Shown here: piece by piece, positions 48,192 to 51,428 of the stretch | Numbering within the stretch: position 1 is the first letter of the stretch | How the letters are laid out: every line of letters begins with the position of its first letter | Assembly (NCBI GenBank): GCA_031422435.1 | Contig: JANPLU010000113.1 | Span: forward strand, 1-51,428 | From: Acaryochloridaceae cyanobacterium VAR_48_metabat_390 | GTDB taxonomy: Bacteria; Cyanobacteriota; Cyanobacteriia; Thermosynechococcales; Thermosynechococcaceae | Length of the DNA: 51,428 nucleotides | Direction: 5' to 3' | The notes under the pieces: generated by a model | What the model was told of the DNA's origin: nothing | Databases searched by the model: none | The model's input: only the letters and a program-made list of their open reading frames with translations | Position numbers and translations under genes: made by a program

Positions 48192-49145
48192 TTAAATCAT
48201 GAATGTTTTGGTGATCCATTGTGCGTCTAAGCCTACCTTCACCTGAAATACCTCGCCCATCGACCCAGAAAACCGAAGCTGAAGAATGCCATCCTGGCGG
48301 CGAGCATGGGTTTGCAAAACAGTCTTCCCTACCGCATCTAAAATCGTAAGCGCTAAACCTAAAGCAAGTGAGCAAGATCCACTACTAGGGAAAACCTGAA
48401 CACACAGGTTAAACCGATAGTCTGCACTCGCCTCCAACTGAATTACTAAAGGAATCAAACGAGAACCCAGATGCAAAAATTGGCCTCGTGATGCACCCTC
48501 AGCCGAACGCTCAGTCGGAGTATTCAGCCTGCTTGCCTCAGATTGCCAACGAAATGTAAAGGGCTTGATCTCTGCCCGTAGACTCTGTATATCTAACCAG
48601 CGGTCGGGATAGCGACCGTCTAACCAGTCCCGCAGCAGAGCATATTGACCTGCCAAAACGGAAGGTGGACAATGCCGCACCTGATGGAGGTAGGTCAATA
48701 GGCTATCCATTGTCTGCAGCCGCTCTATTGAAACCTCAACCTGCTCCACGCGAAACAAAAAGCCTAACAGCGTGGCGGTGGTGTGCGACGGATTAATCTG
48801 TACAAAAATATAGGCGATTCGCTCTCCCCAAACCTCCGGAGGGACATAGCAGCTCAGTGACGATCCAATGAGTGGTCTACATTCCAATCGCCCAATCCCG
48901 GGCATCACTAAATCTGCGACATCCGCGCAGTGGCGCATGAATGGGTTCCAGCTATCTCCTTGACTTAGATTTGTTAAGATGTCCACTGATGCCAGGTAGT
49001 CATGTATTACCCAGACCGAAAGCGTGTTTAAGAATGTCCGTCGAGCTTTGTGAATGGTGACTTGTTCGTCAGAAAACTGCTGTGCAGTGGATCGAGCCAA
49101 GCTTGAAATCGGTAGGCTGACTGAAAATGGAAGCGAGTTTGACAT
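48192..49145 (-). CDS. DUF1822 family protein
   Basis: AQQF...Q....KARR..LNTLSV, DSWNP, VADL..PGIGRLECRP, PPEVW.ERIAY, A.LLGF, LQLRFSG..GE.F. Confidence 0.88.
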   Translation of the reverse strand: MSNSLPFSVSLPISSLARSTAQQFSDEQVTIHKARRTFLNTLSVWVIHDYLASVDILTNLSQGDSWNPFMRHCADVADLVMPGIGRLECRPLIGSSLSCYVPPEVWGERIAYIFVQINPSHTTATLLGFLFRVEQVEVSIERLQTMDSLLTYLHQVRHCPPSVLAGQYALLRDWLDGRYPDRWLDIQSLRAEIKPFTFRWQSEASRLNTPTERSAEGASRGQFLHLGSRLIPLVIQLEASADYRFNLCVQVFPSSGSCSLALGLALTILDAVGKTVLQTHARRQDGILQLRFSGSMGEVFQVKVGLDAQWITKTFMI

Positions 49146-49356
49146 TCCACGGTGAATAAATAACGTGAATTTGTGGATACCCCTGAGTTCGACCAAATTT
49201 ACCTTCTCGGAGGTGACTTTGCGGAAAATCGCTTCACTCAGCCAGGGAAGCAAAATTAGTCTAGTGACTTAATATACTTCTGCATATAAGTAGATGCTGT
49301 TATTTGCTCAAACAAAGTCTATCGCTTCAACATTTTCTTTCAATACCTTTCTAATA

Positions 49357-49390
49357 AAAAGAGCTATCGATTGGTATCAATAGCTCTTTT
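49357..49390 (-). terminator. Terminator after hli
   Basis: AAAAGAGCTATCGAT / ATCAATAGCTCTTTT near-perfect stem with flanking A/T tracts. Confidence 0.7.
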
Positions 49391-49446
49391 AGAGTAAAGA
49401 CTATAGCGCAAGCGTAAGTCTACTAGTTTAAGGTTAAATCGCAAAT

Positions 49447-49614
49447 CTACAGAAGTCCCCAAAAATGAAGAACACCCTCATTAGAGAATGCTTCGGTCAG
49501 AATAACCGCTAAAAAACCAATCATCGCCAGCCGACCATTCCAAATTTCAGCCTGAGGCGTAAACCCAAAAACCCAAGCGTTGCGATTTTCAGTTTGAACT
49601 TGTACTTTTTCCAT
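49447..49614 (-). CDS. High light inducible protein (Hli/SCP, 55 aa)
   Basis: Hand translation ...FGFTPQAEIWNGRLAMIGF... containing the ExxNxR chlorophyll-binding motif. Confidence 0.95.
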   Translation of the reverse strand: MEKVQVQTENRNAWVFGFTPQAEIWNGRLAMIGFLAVILTEAFSNEGVLHFWGLL

Positions 49615-49650
49615 GATGAGTAACCTGTCTTAGGAGTGCCTTCATTGAAC

Positions 49651-49690
49651 AATGTAACGACATTTTTGAATTTGTGCAACGAATTGTCAA
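49651..49690 (-). promoter_or_regulatory. Putative hli promoter with overlapping HLR1 (RpaB)-like site
   Basis: Minus strand TTGCAC-17 bp-TACATT; degenerate direct repeat TTGACAAT-tc-GTTGCACA across the -35. Confidence 0.5.
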
Positions 49691-49936
49691 AAGTTATGAA
49701 CTTATGAAGGCATTAGGTTCATTTGCTGCATGAGCCATCGCTTGAGCTATTCATCGAGAATTTGCATACCTCAATCTTTTGCCTGTTCATAGCTTTCGTC
49801 AAAACATAAGATATCGCTCTATGGAGGCTAAATTTGTCAGCCTGTGGTCACAGCGTTCAATATCTGGCTGAAGGAGGGTTGATTGTTTTAAGCCCTCACG
49901 GTAATAATGAAGGCGTTAGCAGAGCGGGTTTTGATT

Positions 49937-50035
49937 ATGAGCGCAGATCTTTTACCTTCAATTTTGGTGCCATTAGTTGGTTTAGTGTTTCCAGCAGTTG
50001 CGATGTCATTTTTGTTTCTGTACATCGAACGATAG
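49937..50035 (+). CDS. psaI: Photosystem I subunit VIII (32 aa)
   Basis: Hand translation [32 protein letters not shown]. Confidence 0.9.
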   Translation: MSADLLPSILVPLVGLVFPAVAMSFLFLYIER

Positions 50036-50102
50036 ATTCCTAGGATGTTTGTGATGATGGTGTTTTTTGGCCATGATCGCCTATCTTAGCGGTCATCCAT
50101 TC

Positions 50103-50140
50103 AAAAACCGTCTACTGCATAGTGACAGTAGACGGTTTTT
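50103..50140. terminator. Bidirectional terminator between psaI and psbJ
   Basis: AAAAACCGTCTACTG / CAGTAGACGGTTTTT perfect stem. Confidence 0.85.
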
Positions 50141-50197
50141 TGCGGAGCCTTATAATAAATGACTCGCTATGGCGGTAGCGCTAATTCGATTTCGCGG

Positions 50198-50317
50198 TTA
50201 CAGTGACGATCCTAGTCCTGCATAAGCGCCATAAAAAAACAGTCCTAACACGACAAGGACGCCGGTTCCAGCTACTGTTGCTACGATCCACAAGGGTATT
50301 CGCCCACTTCCAGACAT
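50198..50317 (-). CDS. psbJ: Photosystem II protein J
   Basis: [17 protein letters not shown]...[13 protein letters not shown]. Confidence 0.97.
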   Translation of the reverse strand: MSGSGRIPLWIVATVAGTGVLVVLGLFFYGAYAGLGSSL

Positions 50318-50367
50318 TCAGCCTTCCTCCTCTAAGATGATTGGATAAACTTAATCAAAACAAAGCG

Positions 50368-50484
50368 TTAGTTGAAAAAGTAGCTCGAAAACAGCAGGGC
50401 TACAACAAAGATCAGCAGAAGGCCAATGTACAGAGAAGTACGATTTAGCTCGACGGGCTGGTTATTAGGGTTTTTTTCTGTCAT
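50368..50484 (-). CDS. psbL: Photosystem II protein L
   Basis: [35 protein letters not shown]. Confidence 0.97.
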   Translation of the reverse strand: MTEKNPNNQPVELNRTSLYIGLLLIFVVALLFSSYFFN

Positions 50485-50493
50485 GACGGCATC

Positions 50494-50625
50494 CTAGCGG
50501 TGAATAAATTGCATGGAGGCGATCGCACCGATAAAGAAAACGCTGGGCACGGCTAGGGCGTGAACAGAAAGCCAGCGCACTGTAAAGATGGGATATGAAA
50601 CAGGCTGATTATTATTACTCGTCAT
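50494..50625 (-). CDS. psbF: Cytochrome b559 beta subunit
   Basis: [17 protein letters not shown]...MQFIHR; ATG 50625. Confidence 0.97.
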   Translation of the reverse strand: MTSNNNQPVSYPIFTVRWLSVHALAVPSVFFIGAIASMQFIHR

Positions 50626-50632
50626 AGCTCTA

Positions 50633-50884
50633 TTAAAGTCCTTTTGTAAATTCGTCAATTTGCTGCTTCCCGGCAAAGCGATCGCTGATCAGGGGAACTT
50701 CTTGACGCGCTTGGTCAAAATATTGATCGGGGCGAGGGGTGCCAAACGCATCATAGGCTAGCCCTGTACTCACAAACAGCCAACCTGCAATAAACAAAGC
50801 CGGAATCGTAATGCTATGGATGACCCAATAGCGAATGCTTGTAACAATATCGCCAAATGGGCGTTCTCCAGTAGTACCAGCCAC
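50633..50884 (-). CDS. psbE: Cytochrome b559 alpha subunit
   Basis: [29 protein letters not shown] start after GAGG. Confidence 0.98.
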   Translation of the reverse strand: MAGTTGERPFGDIVTSIRYWVIHSITIPALFIAGWLFVSTGLAYDAFGTPRPDQYFDQARQEVPLISDRFAGKQQIDEFTKGL

Positions 50885-51064
50885 TTTAGTTACCTCTTAT
50901 CAACACAGATTAAATCGAAACATGCCTCCCGCTCAGACTCCTGTTGATGTCTTTAGGGAGAACCTCTTAAACTTACACTCCTGATCATACGAAACAACAG
51001 AAAGTCCCACAAGTGAATTTTCTGTACGCAGATCAACTTCCCACCGTTTTGGTCTTTTCCAGCT

Positions 51065-51428
51065 CTAGCCAACGTAGCGCAGCAAAATGCCAGACTGCCC
51101 AATAATAAAGCCCTGGTCGGGACTTTGGAACATCACGCGATAGAGATTGGTCGCAAGCTTATTCGTCGAGCGGTCTTTCTGCCAGGTTTTGCCCCCATCG
51201 AAACTGCACAGCAGATTACCACTACCCCCGCTCACCCATAGCTCCTCTGGGGTTCTATAGGCCAAATCGAGCAGCCCCACGCTAACGGAGTAGTCTGGCG
51301 TGAGCGGTTCATCCCACTCGTTGCTGTCATTGCTGAACTGAATTTGTCCGCCTCGCGCTAGCATCCAAAGCTTGCCATCAGGTGCAAAACCCATGTTTTG
51401 CACTCGGCGAGAGCTATTTCGGTTGTGG
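51065..51428 (-). CDS. ycf48: PSII assembly factor Ycf48/HCF136, 3' part (runs off the window)
   Basis: QNMGF..DG.LW.LARGG, LLDLAYRTPEE.WV.GGSG.LL.S.DGGKTW; canonical position upstream of psbE. Confidence 0.95.
   Translation of the reverse strand, partial: HNRNSSRRVQNMGFAPDGKLWMLARGGQIQFSNDSNEWDEPLTPDYSVSVGLLDLAYRTPEELWVSGGSGNLLCSFDGGKTWQKDRSTNKLATNLYRVMFQSPDQGFIIGQSGILLRYVG

Noticed and set aside
49834..50043. 69-aa + strand ORF from the track
   Set aside because: Overlaps psaI in a different frame; the psaI frame matches a known family.
1..51428. Frequent GCGATCGC octamers as a possible repeat array
   Set aside because: This is HIP1, a well-known dispersed cyanobacterial palindrome; irregular spacing, mostly within genes.
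1..51428. CRISPR array, prophage or intact transposase
   Set aside because: No regularly spaced repeats with unique spacers, and no cas, phage or transposase motifs in any ORF.

Overview
Cyanobacterial chromosomal segment: the HIP1 octamer GCGATCGC is abundant, and it carries the psbEFLJ operon with the 3' end of ycf48, psaI, petG, an hli gene and CP12. Most of the window is core genes (pyrB, recF, rnd, dusB, thioredoxin, an S41 protease, an ABC-F ATPase) plus tRNA-Cys(GCA) and tRNA-Ser(GCT). Two riboswitches are recognisable: guanidine-I ahead of an ABC importer, and yybP-ykoY ahead of a UPF0016 Mn transporter. Accessory content includes an AT-rich stress-gene cluster (CsbD, TIGR02587/02588, NhaP-like, small hydrophilic proteins), a baeRF3 (eRF1-like) gene, a KDSR-like SDR and a Rieske oxygenase flanking tRNA-Cys with a MITE-like relic, and a frameshifted CrtISO-like gene. 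The best candidate for an undescribed system is the operon at 44199-49145: DUF1822, then a membrane receptor fusing a caspase-like CHAT protease, a class III nucleotide cyclase and a CHASE2 sensor, then DUF928. A possible eroded sigma-factor remnant lies upstream, and an FHA-GGDEF-EAL gene converges on it. No CRISPR array, intact transposase or prophage was seen. All family calls are from motif recognition by eye, not database searches.
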